Assembly (NCBI GenBank): GCA_964016885.1
Contig: OZ024742.1
Coordinates: forward strand, 287,370,001 to 287,434,000
Reading direction: 5' to 3'
Source: Eledone cirrhosa
Lineage: Eukaryota
DNA: 64,000 nt
This document shows positions 1 through 14,582 of the stretch, in pieces; within the stretch, counting starts at the first letter, position 1, and each line of letters starts with the position of its first letter. The notes beneath the pieces are model-generated. The model worked only from the letters and a program-made list of their open reading frames with translations. It was not told the origin of the DNA and ran no database searches. Made by a program: the position numbers and the translations under genes.

Positions 1-13
1 ATATATATATATA

Positions 14-2077
14 TGGGAGGAGGTTATAGTTCACTTGAAGCATTGTGTAATGAGGTATAAACGTTAGAATATGTGTAATAAGGCCAAGACAATGCAGACA
101 TGGACATAGAAAAAAGAATGCAATAGTGAGAGATATTGATGTGAATTCGTCTTTCACCTTGAATTTATTTAAATGTCCTTAATTTTCGAGATAATATCTC
201 TTCTTCGGAGGGAAGTAAAGGTCTCAGACCAGCGTCTTTAAATTTCTAATGAAGCCATGCTGACCGGAAATAGTATAGAGTATCTGTTCTAACTTTAATA
301 TCAAAGAATTAAAATTAGGTGGGTAAAGAGTAGTCTCCCTTTAAGAGGGGTTTGTTTATGTTTTGTTTTTGTTTTTGTTGTGTTTTTTAAAATTTTATAT
401 GCGTGCCTGTATATGTGTGTGGGAGAAAGCATGAAGGTGTAGGTATGTGGGTGTGTGTGTGTGTGAGTGTGGGAAGATAGGTCTAATCGTAAAAGTGGGG
501 GGTAGGTGTTATCTCGTGTTAGAACTGGTTTTGTGTGTGTATGTGTGAGAGAGAATAAGAGGAGGTGTAAGCGTGCGTGTGTGTGGGGTGTGTAAAGTGG
601 GGCTAGAGGCCCTATCAGGTTATAAATTGGGTGTTGAGCTCTAGTCTATTATTGATTGGTGGATGTGTTCTATCTATAATGAGTGCTTCCTTGATTCTAA
701 GATTGCCGAGGTTTCTTTCCTTAGTTTCTATCCTAACTGTTATGTTTTTATCAGTGTTTTTGCATTTAACTAGGTGTTTCTTAAATGAGGAAGCGTTAGT
801 ATTGAGGTGTTCTTTTATTCTTATGTGGAGTGGTCTGGTGGTGCTACCTACGTAGAAGTTGTTGCATTTGTCACACTCTAGTCTGTAAACTACGTAAGCC
901 TGGTGGCATAGGTCTGTGTCGTTGATGGGGCAGTTGGCTAGTCTGCAGCAGTTGTCATGTCTGGTGGAGTGTCTCTTAGCTAGCCGTCCGCGCAAAGAAG
1001 AACCCGAATGGGCCAGTTGAATATCCAGACCTTCTCGTCTGATGGCTCTGCGGATGGCTGTTGTTGTTTCTTCACTGAAGTGTGGGAGCTTCAGGAAGCA
1101 AGTGTTAGTGCCTCGGGTGTGGTGTCCTCTGTTCTTTCTGGCACGGTTTGTGGTGGATGTCGTGTATCCGTTCAGTTTGAGTACTTCCAGGAAATGTGTG
1201 GTGTGTGTGTCTCGGTCTCTGGCGTCGGTGCATTTGTTCTTGATACGTGCCAGTTCGTTCTTTATGTATCCGAACTTGGCACCGAGTGGGAGGGCCGATC
1301 TGAAATGTACGAACAGGTCCCTGCTGGCGGATTTTTTATAGAAGCAGGTGTGGATGTTGCCTTCCTCTGTTACCCTGAGTTGGAAGTCCAGCAGGGATAG
1401 GGATCCGCGGTCATCGGGGTGTTCTATGCTGAACTTTATACTGGCGTCCATGCTGGAGAATGTTGTGTATATTTTCTCTGCCTCCTCACGGGATGATGTA
1501 AGGATGAGTATGTCATCTACATATCGGGTGAAGAAGGCATGGGAATGGCAGGTGTTGAGGGCTCGGCATTCTAGCTGGTTCATGTAAGTGATGGCCAGCA
1601 GGCCAGAGAGGCTGGATCCCATGGGTAATCCTGTTGTCTGTCTGTATGTGTGGTGGTGGAAGGTGAAGTACGTGTTGTCTACTGTGAAGGACAAAAGTTG
1701 GTGTATGTCCGTCGGGTGGAGGCCGTAGCAGTGGATGTTCTCTGCGACCACGCAGTCCGTCAATAAATCGACAGCTGGGTGAGCGGGGACTGTAGTGTAG
1801 AGGGAGACAACGTCGAGGCTAAAAGCGTATTTATTAAGTTTAAGTTGTTCTGGCTGGAGTTGGTGTAATCTACGTATAACTTCGGCTTCATTAGAAGTTT
1901 AAAGACGCTGGTCTGAGACCTTTACTTCCCTCCGAAGAAGAGATATTATCTCGAAAATTAAGGACATTTAAATAAATTCAAGGTGAAAGACGAATTCACA
2001 TCAATATCTCTCACTATTGCATTCTTTTTTCTATGTCCATATCTGCATTGTCTTGGCCTTATTACACATATTCTAAC

Positions 2078-2082
<5 letters not shown>
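14..2082. repeat. Inverted pseudo-LTR pair of PLE1 (about 57-257 vs 1884-2082), each with an HHR-like motif, flanked by (TA)n
   Basis: About 200 bp near-identical inverted copies. Motif CCGAAGA-A-GAGAT.att.ATCTC-GAAAATTA at 1932-1960 (+), mirrored near 180-210 (-). Stem I is weak. Confidence 0.85.
615..1890 (-). mobile_element. Penelope-like element 1: 5'-truncated ORF, reverse transcriptase plus C-terminal GIY-YIG endonuclease
   Basis: The frame continues upstream of the listed 382-aa ORF (AFSLDVVSLYTTVP). RT motifs GLPMGSSLS, FTRYVDD and LLDF. GIY-YIG VVYRLEC..C..FYVGSTTRPLHIRIKEH and terminal IKEALII...PPIN. Confidence 0.95.
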
Positions 2083-2435
<353 letters not shown>

Positions 2436-2924
2436 ATACTTGGGGAGGGTCATATATGTGTAATATTGCCAGAATTAATAACAGAACACACTCACTGTTT
2501 GGTTGGTTTTCGCTTCTGTGTCTTTTATATCGGTTAATTTAATTTATTCGGTCCTCAATGTTGCCATTGACTGACCAACGGTCAAAAATGCAGATACAAT
2601 ATAGACACAAGCACATATATATAGTTTATATACATCTGCAACATCGTCACTGGTGCTATTGTTTCCTCCCGTTGCATTGTATTTTCTACGCCATCTTTAT
2701 TTAGTCTGTTTATATATTTATTTATTTGCTTATTTTTTTGTCTTCTTTGCGCATGCGTTTGCGTGTGTGTATAGTGTTTTGTTTGATGTGTGTTCGTGAT
2801 TGCGTGACTGTGTATTGGTTAATGTATTCTATCTTTACTAGTGTGTGTTTATATGTGTTTGTTGTTATTGTGCTTGTGTATGTATTTATTTATTTATCTA
2901 TTTATTTATTTATTTATACTTCTC

Positions 2925-4825
2925 TTAGGTCAGTGTTGTTTGTTTGGGTGTTGTTATTCCATTCATTTTTTCTGTTTAGCCTTGGCCTTCTAAGTTCTAT
3001 TTCACTGGCCTCTTTGATTTGCCTATCTGCTGGGTCATTTCTATGTTTAGATATTATTCTAATTTCTATGTTGTCTATGTTACCGTCGTGTTGTTGTCTG
3101 GCATGTTCGTATAGTACTGAACCGTTTTTTTCGTCCTTTTAGTTCCCCCCAGTGTTGGTCTATCCTTTCACCTATGCTACGAGCTGTCTCGCCTATGTAT
3201 GTTGTTGTCATGTTTCTGCAAGTACCCTCTGTACATCTTATGCTATAGACTACGTTTCTAGTTTTACAGTTTATTATATGATACATTTCCTATTAGTACA
3301 GTAGGTTTTCTTAAAAGGGTAGGTTTTGCTGATCAGGGATTTTATGGTGGTTCCTGGCTTTTCTACCACCTTAATCTTTAAGTGGGTCTTTCTCAGGGCC
3401 TTTCTACACTGGTTAGCTAATTTCCCTCCAGGGGTAGCGTCCACAAACATGACACTCTGGTATCTCTGGTTGTCGTACCATGAGGTGGCTTTCCCTATCT
3501 TATGTCTAGCCCTATCTAAGCTATTCTATGATTTGCTCCTGTATAATGGACAAATTCCTTTCATGTCCAGTTCTATGAGGGTCTTATACTTCTCCGTGGC
3601 TCCTTCGTATACTCTGATTCTGTCTCTTTGGTTGTAGCCACAGAACTGCATGCGGTTGATGAAGTGTTGGATGTGTCTTTCCATTTCTGTTGGGTCGCAC
3701 ATGCGGGACACGTTCTTCATCACTCGTACCAAGTCTGCGATCAGAATATTAAACTTAGCACTACTGGACATTGCTGAGTTTTTGAGTATTAGGTATTTGA
3801 AGGCCATGGGTTTAGCATAGTGTGAGTGGAGAATTTGGGCTCTCTCGTCTATAGTGTTAATCCAGAGTTCCGTGTCTAATACAGGTAGTCTATTGTTAGG
3901 GTGTTTGGAAGGGTAGTCGATAGTTACAGTTATACTCTGGTGTATGGAATTAGCTATCTGCTGGATGCTTTCCATTGTGTTATGTTCTAAATCAAACTTG
4001 TTAGTGCTCTCTTGTGGGGATGTTCTTATAACTATATTGATATCGTCTACGTAACGAGAGTACATGATGAGGTCTATGGAGCTCTCATTAAGGAGATCTT
4101 TAAGTCTCCTTTCCCACCATACCATAAAAAGGTTGGCAACATCACCAGCTATGCTGACGCCAATGGCTGCTCCCTCGTTGAACTTGAATATGTGGCCCTT
4201 TAGGGTAGTTTTGATACTAGCCCCTATTGCATGTGCGACCATTTTTCTTACCTGATCATTGTTTTGTGGGGTCCGTATAGCTTTGGTCCACCCAATCCAC
4301 CTTCCCATGGGAGTCCTGTTAGCCATTGAGGTTATGGTGGGGGGGGGGTCTACCTCCTATGGGTCTACTGGGACAGAAACGTCTAAGGTCATGGCTGTCT
4401 AGGTAGTCAGTGTCGTAGGTAAGTCTATGTAGGAGGCCCAGTTCGTCCGTGTCGACGTGGCAGAACTCCACCTCACTCTCAATGATCACACATTTTTCCA
4501 CAGCAAAATCAATGTTAATGGATGGGTACAGTGATACCACATCCATGCTGCCTATTATGCAGTTGGATAGGTTCCTGTTTTTGTTGCACTCACTGATTCT
4601 GCTGAGGAGGTCCTCTGTACTGTCACATACATCTGGTGACATCTTGATTGTGGGGCGTATAACCATTGAGAGGAAGTAGGAGATCCTGTAGTTGCTAGCT
4701 ATATTTGCTCCACATACGGGTCTTGTTGGTGGTCCTGTTGTCGGGTCGTCGACTGTCTTGTGGTCTTTGCGGAGCCCATACAAGGGTGGTATGCCATTGT
4801 TAGACGCCTGGAAGTTGTTGGCAGT
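2925..4825 (-). pseudogene. Penelope-like element 2: frameshifted RT plus GIY-YIG
   Basis: YGLRKDHK..RPV, SMDVVSLYPSI, GAAIGVSIAGDVANLFM, YSRYVDD and LPVLD spread over several frames. GIY-YIG NVVYSIRC...YIGETARSIGERIDQH. Confidence 0.92.
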
Positions 4826-5790
4826 GCGTCACGAACGCACATCAAACAAAACACTATACACACACGCAAACGCATGCGCAAAGAAGCAAAAAATAAACAA
4901 ATAAATAAATATATAAACAGACTAAATAAGGATGGCGTAGAAAATACAATGCAACGTGGGGAAACAATAGCACCAGTGACGATGTTGCAGATGTGCAACG
5001 AAAGAATTTTGATAAACTATATATATGTGTTTGTGTCTATATTGTATCTGTATTTTTGACCGTTGGTCAGTCAATGGCAACATTGAGGACCGAATAAATT
5101 AAATTAACCGATATAAAAGACACAGAAGCGAAAACCAACCAAGCAGTGAGTGTGTTCTGTTATTAATTCTGGCAATATTACACAAATATGACCCTCCCCA
5201 AGTATAACAATATTTGCTTCGACACACGATTTCATATCAAAAACCTCGCAAAACTAATTCATCGCCGTTATGGCATTAGTTTGTGCCAAGCTGAAAGGTT
5301 ATTGAAAGACACTGTTTTCTGTTATATAAAACTACAATAACAACAGAACAAATCCGCTTCTTAAAACACTGTGTTTCCACCAAAATATACACGACAAACA
5401 TATCAAAACAAGTAAATAATGTATTATTGAACAAAACACAAGCTGAACGACTAAAACACACAATAACAGTTAATATGAAAAGAACAACATACACAAAAGT
5501 CAACGAACTTTACAGACAGAAACGCATTAACGGTAAGGAAGTGCGAAATCTTACCACACCAAACGAGAGGGATGACTTCATGAGCGTCATCCGACGTGAA
5601 ACGAAATACGCCCGAAGCGAATGCAATAGGCATTTCAATAAGAAATTAGAATGGATGAATAAGAAAAACTAGAAGAAAGAAAAATAGAATATTCTCGAAA
5701 ATACCCAGATGACATCAACAATATCCGTATGACTGATGTAGAACTACCGGAAGAATTTACCAATGACCACACAGTAAATATTTATGGGAA
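4826..5790 (+). mobile_element. Inverted pLTR of PLE2 (mirrors 2431-2800), running into the degraded ORF N-terminus
   Basis: Reverse-complement match to 2431-2800. Degenerate HHR at about 4973-5010. ATG near 5188 starts [11 protein letters not shown], followed after a frameshift by IRFLKHC...KKLEWM. Confidence 0.85.
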
Positions 5791-5899
5791 CACTTTAATA
5801 CGCCGGAGCTGTGGGTGGGCCCCATTGCGTATTATTTTTGTAAATATGACAACAATCTATCCAACCTACATACATCCTAGCCTCACATATATTTCACAA

Positions 5900-6043
5900 T
5901 TCTAATAAATAAGCGGGGAGGGTGGCAGGTGGAATGAAACTGGGGAGGAGTGTGTGGAAAAATCTGAAAAATTAATAAGCGGGGGTGGGTGGGGCGGGCG
6001 GTTATTCAAGACCTAAGAGTAATTGATATGATAGAGAGAGAGA

Positions 6044-6090
<47 letters not shown>

Positions 6091-6490
6091 AGAGACCTCC
6101 GTCGGCTTCGACGATGAGTGTTCCAGTTGTTCGAACAAGCACAACAGAACAGCTTGTTCATGAAATTAACGTGTAACTGGCTGAGTATACCACAGACACA
6201 TGTAACCTCAATGTAATTCTCAGGGAGATTCAGTATCAGAATAGTCTGAAATACTTGTACAACTCATTGATTTCAGCTGAGTGAACGTGGTGCAGTATAT
6301 AACAAGATTGCAAATCCATTTGATAAGATTTCAAACAATTGAATCTACCCGGAGATAGATAAGCAAAATTTAATAAGCAAGTGGGTGTGATGTGGAATAA
6401 AAGCAGGGGGTGGAGGCTGGAAAAAAATCTGAAAATTTAATAAGCATGAAGGTGGGGGGGGGGGGGCATTATTCAAGACCACCTGAGATT
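5900..6490 (-). mobile_element. Two partial copies of the TACTCTC-ended MITE with an intervening SINE family B fragment (about 6095-6295)
   Basis: aataagcgggg and aaaatctgaaaaattaataagc motifs shared with 21424-21873 and 59572-59949. Confidence 0.6.
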
Positions 6491-6494
6491 ACGT

Positions 6495-6680
6495 AAATTA
6501 TTGACGGACGGAAGAATGAAAACTCAATATCGAAGTAGAGTTTAAATATTCATTTATTATGGCTGAGTGACGAGCCTTGTTATTCTGGAGTCCCACCTGC
6601 GTACTCACAGAATCATCAGACAAGACTGGTGATCCTCTGAGTGTGCAGATGAAATTTTAGAGTAACAAAGCTCATCAATA
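6495..6680 (-). mobile_element. PLE pLTR fragment with a degenerate HHR (same family as 13490-13605, 14585-14960 and 16010-16165)
   Basis: Reverse complement reads CTGATGA..GGGACTCCAGAATA (GAAA mutated), and the flanks match the other copies. Confidence 0.65.
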
Positions 6681-6705
6681 GCCATATAAATGAATGTCTC
6701 TCTCT

Positions 6706-6773
<68 letters not shown>

Positions 6774-6853
6774 GAGATGAATAAATTGTGTACAATACCA
6801 GTTTCTTACCAGATGCAAAGAAGCTCGATGTATGATTTAAAAAAATTCTATAT

Positions 6854-6888
<35 letters not shown>

Positions 6889-6905
6889 AGTTGTAATACA
6901 TACTT

Positions 6906-6962
<57 letters not shown>

Positions 6963-7113
6963 CATGTGTGGTGGAACTGGGGAGGGCCAGGAGGGGTGGG
7001 GCATACCCCCACCCCACCAATATTTATCCCTAAACTACCAAAACACACATCTATTTGGATATGCGCTACTATTTATATACATATGTTTATCGCATATCGA
7101 AGTTTTCTGATCA

Positions 7114-7215
7114 TTTTAGCTAAACTAGCTATTTAGCTAAACTAGCTATTTAGCTAAACTAGCTATTTAGCTAAACTAGCTATTTAGCTAAACTAGATAT
7201 TTAGCTAAACTAAAT
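7114..7215. repeat. 17-bp minisatellite ATTTAGCTAAACTAGCT, about 6 copies
   Basis: Direct reading. Confidence 0.9.
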
Positions 7216-7539
7216 AATATACTAAATGTATAATATACTAAATGTATAATAATCTATCTAATCTAATATGGCCGAGTTTACACTCGCAAATAAGAAGAAC
7301 CAGGGCCGCCCCTACGATTTGGTGTACTCCATATGTGTTTCGGTTGCTGAATACAATCAGGGTCACTGCTTCTCCTGAAAGTCAATAGTTCTCTTCTAAC
7401 TCGAGCGGGAGCGCCTTTACATTGTCAATTTGCATTGATCATCTGCAAAGCCGCATTGTTCTCAGAACCACTACACCAGTCTTTCGATGCGTGCAGCTGG
7501 AACTACTGCCACCCATTGATATGGCAGGATTTCTTTTTT

Positions 7540-7725
7540 TTATATGGCCGTTGACTCTTATGAGTTCTTCCGCCCTTTGTCAGGTTTTGTTTTTTGTCCT
7601 ACAGGGTGTCCCAAATCACCCTCCTCTCCAAGTAAACTTGGTGGGGTTGCCGGTTTAGTCGCCGACGACCCGACCATACGACAGGTTGTATTGGGTTACA
7701 TGTTACCAGTAGCACTCAAGAGTGT
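7540..7725. repeat. Unclassified dispersed repeat (probably a LINE UTR); other copies at about 15595-15750 and, inverted, about 51660-51855
   Basis: Shared core cttggtggggttgccggtttagtcgccgacgacccgaccat. Confidence 0.7.
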
Positions 7726-8799
7726 CCTGACAAAATAATAATAATAATAACAATGAAAATTATTGTGCTCAGGTGCACTTTCCTGACACTTGTACATTAT
7801 TCTATGTACTATACATGCACCTTTGACGAGTTTTAGTGCACCGGAGCACTGTACTCATTTTCATTATTATTATTACGCACACTCACATATATATATATTT
7901 ATATTGAATATATTTATTTGATTTCTGACATAGATACAAGACCTCACATGTGATGTATAGGTGTAGATCAAAGGCTCTCAACGGGGGACATATGCCCCCG
8001 GGCGGCGTTTCGGAGCTCCAGGGGGCGTTTTGGAGCAAGGGGGCGTTAGAGGGGCATTTGAAGATTTGAGGGGAGCTGGAAGACCCTTTAGTTTGGTAAA
8101 TTTTATAAGTCATATTTGTACGTCTCTTAGACAGTGTGAATGCATTTGAATGAAGAAAACGAAGAAAATAAATAAAAGAAGCTTGTCAACGAATTCCATA
8201 GGGAGATAAAAGAAAAACAAGAAATCAAAGGAAATGAAAATAAGGACAACGTCAACTTTTACAACAGTTACAAGAACAGCTTCAACAGAAATGACAACAA
8301 AAAGAAGCAATGGTGGTGAAAGGTGTAGGTGTATACATATACATACATACGAACATACACACTCATGCATACGTACATACATACATACACACATACACAC
8401 ACACACACACACAGGCTGGCGTTAGTGTTTAACGAGGTTGAGAACCTGGTCAGCTTTCAGCCAGAGCTGTGGTATTTAATCTCCCAGGTAATAAAATCTG
8501 GAGACAATTTTCTCCTTACCCAAAAAAACCAAACAAACATAAATCATGTCAACATCCTTAAACACTTAAATATAAATGCATGTTTATATACAAATGTATA
8601 AATGCATAGCTATATACATACGTAAATGTATGTATGTATATATGTACATATGTACGTACGTATATATATATATATATATATAGTATATTAGGGAGAGGAT
8701 CAGGGGTGTATAACACTCCACTTATCCAACAGGCAGTATAAGGTTAGCTCGATGTCTGAGGACAGAGCCGTGATATAATCAATAACAAAGAACGCCTAT

Positions 8800-8876
<77 letters not shown>

Positions 8877-9257
8877 CTACATACATATATATATAATTGG
8901 AAATCAGTAAAATCGAATCTCTGGCGGTTTGCAAGTAAATTCGGCCTACTTATATGAAATGATGAGTTAGCAAAGCACTCGATAAGATAGGACCTTAGAG
9001 TAATAACATACGTTTAAATAGCTTGACGAATCGAACATTGTGGTAGGCGAAACTAACACACAATGTATACCAAAGCAACGATAGAACTAATCAGGTTGAG
9101 AAAAGTACACCTGGACAAATCAAACGAACAATCGTTTAAAGTGTCTCTTTGAATCCGAAATCAAATATCAGACTTACGTGAATGGCAAGCTCGTGGTTTG
9201 GTGATCGAACGGAGGATTCAGTTTATCAACAGGTTTTCTTTCTGCCTAGGACCGGAG

Positions 9258-9332
<75 letters not shown>

Positions 9333-9334
<2 letters not shown>

Positions 9335-9530
9335 CGGAGGAGTTGTGGTAAGGAACCAGATGGACCATAACGCACCAGAGTACTCAATACTTAGGGTAGT
9401 AGAGTGGGTAAGAGGAGAAAGTATGACCCCGACTGCAGAGCTCAAGCCGTTTCGACGGCTATTTTTGTCCAGAAATAGCCGTCGAAACGGCTTGAGCTCT
9501 GCCGTCGTGGTCATACTTTCTCCTATATAT
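9333..9530. mobile_element. Hairpin-plus-tail insertion in (TA)n; second copy inverted at 13666-13856
   Basis: About 52-bp arms (aggagaaagtatgacc...ggctattt / aaatagcc...tactttctcct) plus a one-sided tail of about 75 bp. Confidence 0.8.
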
Positions 9531-9863
9531 AAATCTACATACATATATATATATATATAGTGTAGAATCTACACTGTAGATGATTCGCCAGACACAGTAC
9601 TTGATAAGTACCTATTTTGTCGATCACGGAAGAATGAAAAGCGAAGTCTATTGCAGCAAGATTTGAACTCAGTGTTACGATATACCCCTAAATGCAACAA
9701 AGCATTTTGGTATTGGGCAAGGAAAAACATATATAACATGGAATTTGAACCTGGGTCTTAGGATTGATGTGACATGATAAAGGAAGTGATATAAACTATT
9801 TATATATAGTTCAAGACTATATTTAGAATAAGTACGTATGTCTTTAGCTATACACACACACAT

Positions 9864-9895
<32 letters not shown>

Positions 9896-10054
9896 TATAT
9901 GTGTGTCTGTATATGTAATATGCCTATGTATGTATATATATGTATATATATATATATGTATATATATAAGTATGTATATATATATATATATATTACATAT
10001 ATGTGTGTGTATATATAATATGCCTATGTATGTATATATATATATATATATATC

Positions 10055-11195
10055 ACGGGGGTAGCCATGGGTACAAGAATGGGCCCAAACTATGCCAACC
10101 TTTTTGTTGGCCATGTTGAGGCCCAAATCTTTGCCCAGTACACCGGCCCCATGCCCGAACTGTACGGTCGTTACATCTACGACTGTATCGGAGCCATGAC
10201 CCTCACCTGAGAACAGCTCGACTCCTTTCTCTCCTTCTTCTGCTCCTTCCACCCCTCCCTCCACTTCACCACCTCTATCTCCACCACCCACGTCCACTTC
10301 TTAGACATCTCCGTCGCCTTCGACCCCTCCTACCACTCCCTTGTCACCTCCGCCTTCTTCAAACCCACCGACTCCCACTCCTACCTCGACTTCACCTCTT
10401 CCCACCCTACACACACCAAACACTCTATTCCCTACTCCCAACTCCTTAGGATCCGCCGCCTCTGTAGCCGAGATGCTGACTTTGAGTCCCAGGCCCTTTC
10501 CCTAGTCAGCCATTTCATCCGCAGTGGTTACCCCCCTCTCTCGTCCACACCGCTCTCACCCGCACCCGTGCTGTCCACCGCTCCACCACCCTCACCCCAC
10601 GCCACCGCACACCCACCCACCGTCTCCCCTTCCCCATCACCTACCACCCCTCCACTATACCCCTCCACCGCACCATCCTCCGCCTCTTCTGACGCCTCCA
10701 GTCCGACCCCTCCACCTCCCACATCTTCCCAGCCCCACCACTCCCCTCCTTCAAACGCGCACGCAATCTCCGCACCCTCCTCGTCCACAGCTCCCTACTC
10801 CCCAACCCACGCTCTCCTTCCCCCGGTTCCCTTCCCTGTTCCAGGCCCCGTTGCAACACCTGTCCCCCACATCACCAACACCACCACCTTCCAGGGTCCC
10901 AACGGCCACTCTCTCTCTGTCCGGCATGCCTTCCGCTGCACCTCCTCCGTGCAGCGCAACCTACGTCGGACAGACTGGCCGTCGCCTGGCGGACCGGTTT
11001 ACCGAACACCTCCGAGATATTCGTCTCGGTGGTAGTTCCCCCATCGCCCGCCACTTTGGTGCCCCTGGACATTCCGCGCACCACTTCACAGTCTGTGGCC
11101 TACTCCAATGCCACGGAACACCCGCCACTCTCCTCAGGGTCGAACAACGAACCATCTTCACCCTACAGACCCACACGCCCCCGGCCTGAACTCCC
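10055..11195 (+). pseudogene. Penelope-like element 3 (Neptune-like): truncated, frameshifted RT plus Cys knuckle plus GIY-YIG
   Basis: GVAMGTRMGPNYANLF, RYIYD (from YIDD), FLDI, KPTDSHSYL..SSHP..TKHSIPYSQLLRIRRLCS, PCSRPRCNTC, YVGQTGRRLADRFTEH, EQRTIFTLQT. Confidence 0.92.
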
Positions 11196-12830
11196 CATCC
11201 TTATTCTTTTAGCCTTCGACCGCCCTCTCCCCACACATATCCCCCACTAACACCACTAACACACTCCTCCTTTTCACCGCCAACCCCACAACTAACAATA
11301 CTAACACCTCCACCCCACACCCGACCACCCTTCCCCAACTAACATACTAACATCCCTCCTTTCTTCTCCCCCCTCCCCTTATCACACGCACACACACACC
11401 GGTATATATATACACGCGCTCACACTAAACACACACCCTACTACCACCACTAACCCTTACCCCCACACTTCCACCCCACCACCCCGCAACTAACATCACT
11501 AACACCCCCCGACCCCACGCACACGAACACACACACCCACTTACACCACCCACTCTACACGCAACTAATATCACTAACACCCCAACCCTACGCACACGAA
11601 CACACACACCCACTTACACCACCCACTCTACACACCCTACCACCACTGACCCCCACTAACACCCGCATTCAACCCTTTCCCCACCACCAGTATACTAACA
11701 CCCACTAACACCCCCTTCACCACACACACACTCATCCAAACACGCACACACACCAGTACACTACACTCCCTCCACCGGCCCCCACACCCTTCTCTTCCCG
11801 CTCCACCCACACCCTTTCTCACACACACACACATCCCACTAACACCTCTACTAATACACCCCCCTCCTCACTCCAACTTTCACACCTACCCATTCTCTCT
11901 CCTGTCCACGCACCTCCGCACACACTGACACACCGACTTTCTTCACTTACCATTCTACCCGACTGCTGTTATGCCCTGAATCTCTGACTCCTCCCCGCAC
12001 ACACAGACACACAACCCTCCTCCTGCCTTGACCCTCTGACCACTTCCTGTTGCGTGCGCACCCCACATCTCCCCTCTTCCGACCAACCCAACCACGGATT
12101 ACACACATTAGACATCGCTCCCAAGAATCAACCACATCCCAAGGATATTACCCAGCATTCCACCACATCCTCTACGGAACTACCTTAGGGACTTACCCAC
12201 GGACATACACTCAAAAACATTTTTTTCCCTCACGCCACCTACATGCACAACACGTATAAACACCACACACACATGCGTACCACCACATATTTACACACTC
12301 AGCCTCCGGAATCCTCTCCCCCACCCCTCTGACCCCTCCCCATCAACACACGCATACACACACCGACCTACACCCCACCCCACGCACACCTTATCCTGAA
12401 CATGCAACCCCGTTCTTCCCCCAACTCTTACTTTCACATACACACACACACACACACACACGTACACCTACAGACACACACCACCTTCAGCCCTCCCCGC
12501 TCGGACACCTCGCCTCCCTCTCCCCACTCCACCCGCCACCACCCCTACACGCCCCACATCCTTCCACCACCTGTTTTACTTCATGTTTATTTTTATTTTT
12601 ATTATACTTTTATATTTAATTTCATTTGTACCGTTTCCTCTCACCCCTTTTTTCTATATGTCTCTCCACCACTCCCTACACACCCTTGGAACTCTCTTAC
12701 CACACACTTTTCACCTGAAGAAGGGCTCATGCCCGAAACGTCGTTCCCCACCACCACCCCACTCTCAAGAGCGTGAAACTAATAAACCTTTGTTCGTACT
12801 GCCTCTCTGTTTTGTTCCCGTTCAATTTTT

Positions 12831-12833
<3 letters not shown>
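11196..12833 (+). mobile_element. C-rich 3' region and pLTR of PLE3 with minimal HHR (12711-12745); related solo pLTR at about 34520-34778
   Basis: CTGAAGA-AGGGC.tcat.GCCC-GAAAC-GTC followed by AATAAA. The 34654-34690 copy reads CTGAGGA-AGGGC.ttat.GCCC-GAAACGTC. Confidence 0.8.
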
Positions 12834-12867
<34 letters not shown>

Positions 12868-12991
12868 TATGTGTGTGTGTCTGTGTGTGTGTATAATATA
12901 CATATATATATATATATGAAGTAAATATATATATATGTGTGTGTGTATGTATATATGTATGTGTGTATATATATATATATATACATACAGA

Positions 12992-13023
<32 letters not shown>

Positions 13024-13624
13024 GATAGATATATATATAGATATATATATATATATATATACCTTGAAATATATATATGTATATATATATACATATATGT
13101 ATATGTGTGTGTGTGTATATATGTATATATGTATATTTGTATATTTATGAATATACATACATACATATATATATTAATAGACACATATGTGTAATTAGAA
13201 TATTGAAACTATTTTTATAGTAGTTCCGAATTCTTTGTGATGTTAATTCGGTACATTTCCGTTTTCATATATAGGTGGCCTGCTTCTGGACTTGAACTCG
13301 GTCACTCCGTATAAGGTGAGGCAAGAATGCAGGAAAGATAAGCAGAAGGGTGAAATGGGTAAGGAACGAACTAGGAATATCTTGGAAACCACTAGGAGAC
13401 ATGAAATGTCGGTCAAGCGGTAAGCCTACAACAATCCCACTCTGAGTGCTTATACCCACGTGTGTGTTTATACGTATATGGTTGACAGGCTGAGAGAGAA
13501 GAGTACGCAATACCGAAGTAGAGATTTTATATTAATTTTTATTAAGGCTAAATAGTGAGTCTTGTTCCTCTGGAGTTTCACCTGTTTATCACAGGGTCAT
13601 CATCACTATTTGACCTTAATAAAA

Positions 13625-13669
<45 letters not shown>

Positions 13670-13852
13670 ATGTTTGACCCCGACGGCAGAGCTCAAGCCG
13701 TTTCGACGACTATTTCTGGACCAGAAATAGCCGTCGAAACGGCTTGAGCTCTACTGTTGGGGTCAAGCATTTTCCTATTACCCACTCTACTACCCTAAGT
13801 ATTGAGTACTCTGGTGCGTTATGGTCCATCTGGTTCCTTACCACACCTCCTT

Positions 13853-13910
<58 letters not shown>

Positions 13911-13914
<4 letters not shown>

Positions 13915-14170
13915 TAAAAAAAACGAAAAAGCGTTCGGAGCAAATTTTATCACGGGTAGTTCGTTCGGACACGGGTAGTTCGTTCGGAGCAATTTTATCA
14001 GTGATAAAATTTGCTCCGAACGAACTACCCGTGTCTGAAGGAACCTGTAGCCGTAGAATCAGCCAGATCCATACAGGCACCATGTCTCGAGCTACCTGCC
14101 GGCGAAACAATTGTAACACGCAATAAATTGAGTCCAGATGCATCACTGATTTTTCGTTTTTTATACTATA
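13911..14170 (+). mobile_element. Fold-back insertion with an HHR-like motif with long stem II (14030-14120)
   Basis: Inverted termini agtataaaaa..cgaaaaa / tttttcgtttttatact. cgtgt-CTGAAGG...GAAAC-aatt-GTA-acacg (A9 is G). Confidence 0.6.
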
Positions 14171-14362
14171 TACACCCTACTCTGGTGAATATTAAGTGCT
14201 AATTTTGGCATACCGCCTATGGAAGCACCATAGCTACCATTATACACAAGTATATATATATATATATATATATTGTAGTCAAAGTATGGTAGAAATGTCC
14301 AAGGGTAAGAGAACTCAGTCCATAGGACGAGTTTAGTATAAATAATTACAACAGTGACTTAA

Positions 14363-14412
14363 ACAGGTACTTTAGTTTCGTTGGGTTCCGGACCTCAACT
14401 CATTCAGCCTGT
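14363..14412 (-). ncRNA. Type I hammerhead ribozyme (variant core CUGAAUGA) in a fold-back pLTR insertion, 14273-14480
   Basis: Reverse complement: acagg-CTGAATGA-GTTG.aggtccggaacc.CAAC-GAAAC-taaa-GTA-cctgt. Confidence 0.75.
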
Positions 14413-14487
14413 CATAAGAAAAATAAAGATAAACTTTATTTTTATTTAAGTACCTGTTTATGTCACTGTTGTAATTATATATATACA

Positions 14488-14582
<95 letters not shown>

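Noticed and set aside
10524-12776. Pro/His/Thr-rich ORFs as host proteins
   Set aside because: They are off-frame readings of the C-rich PLE3 and its 3' region.
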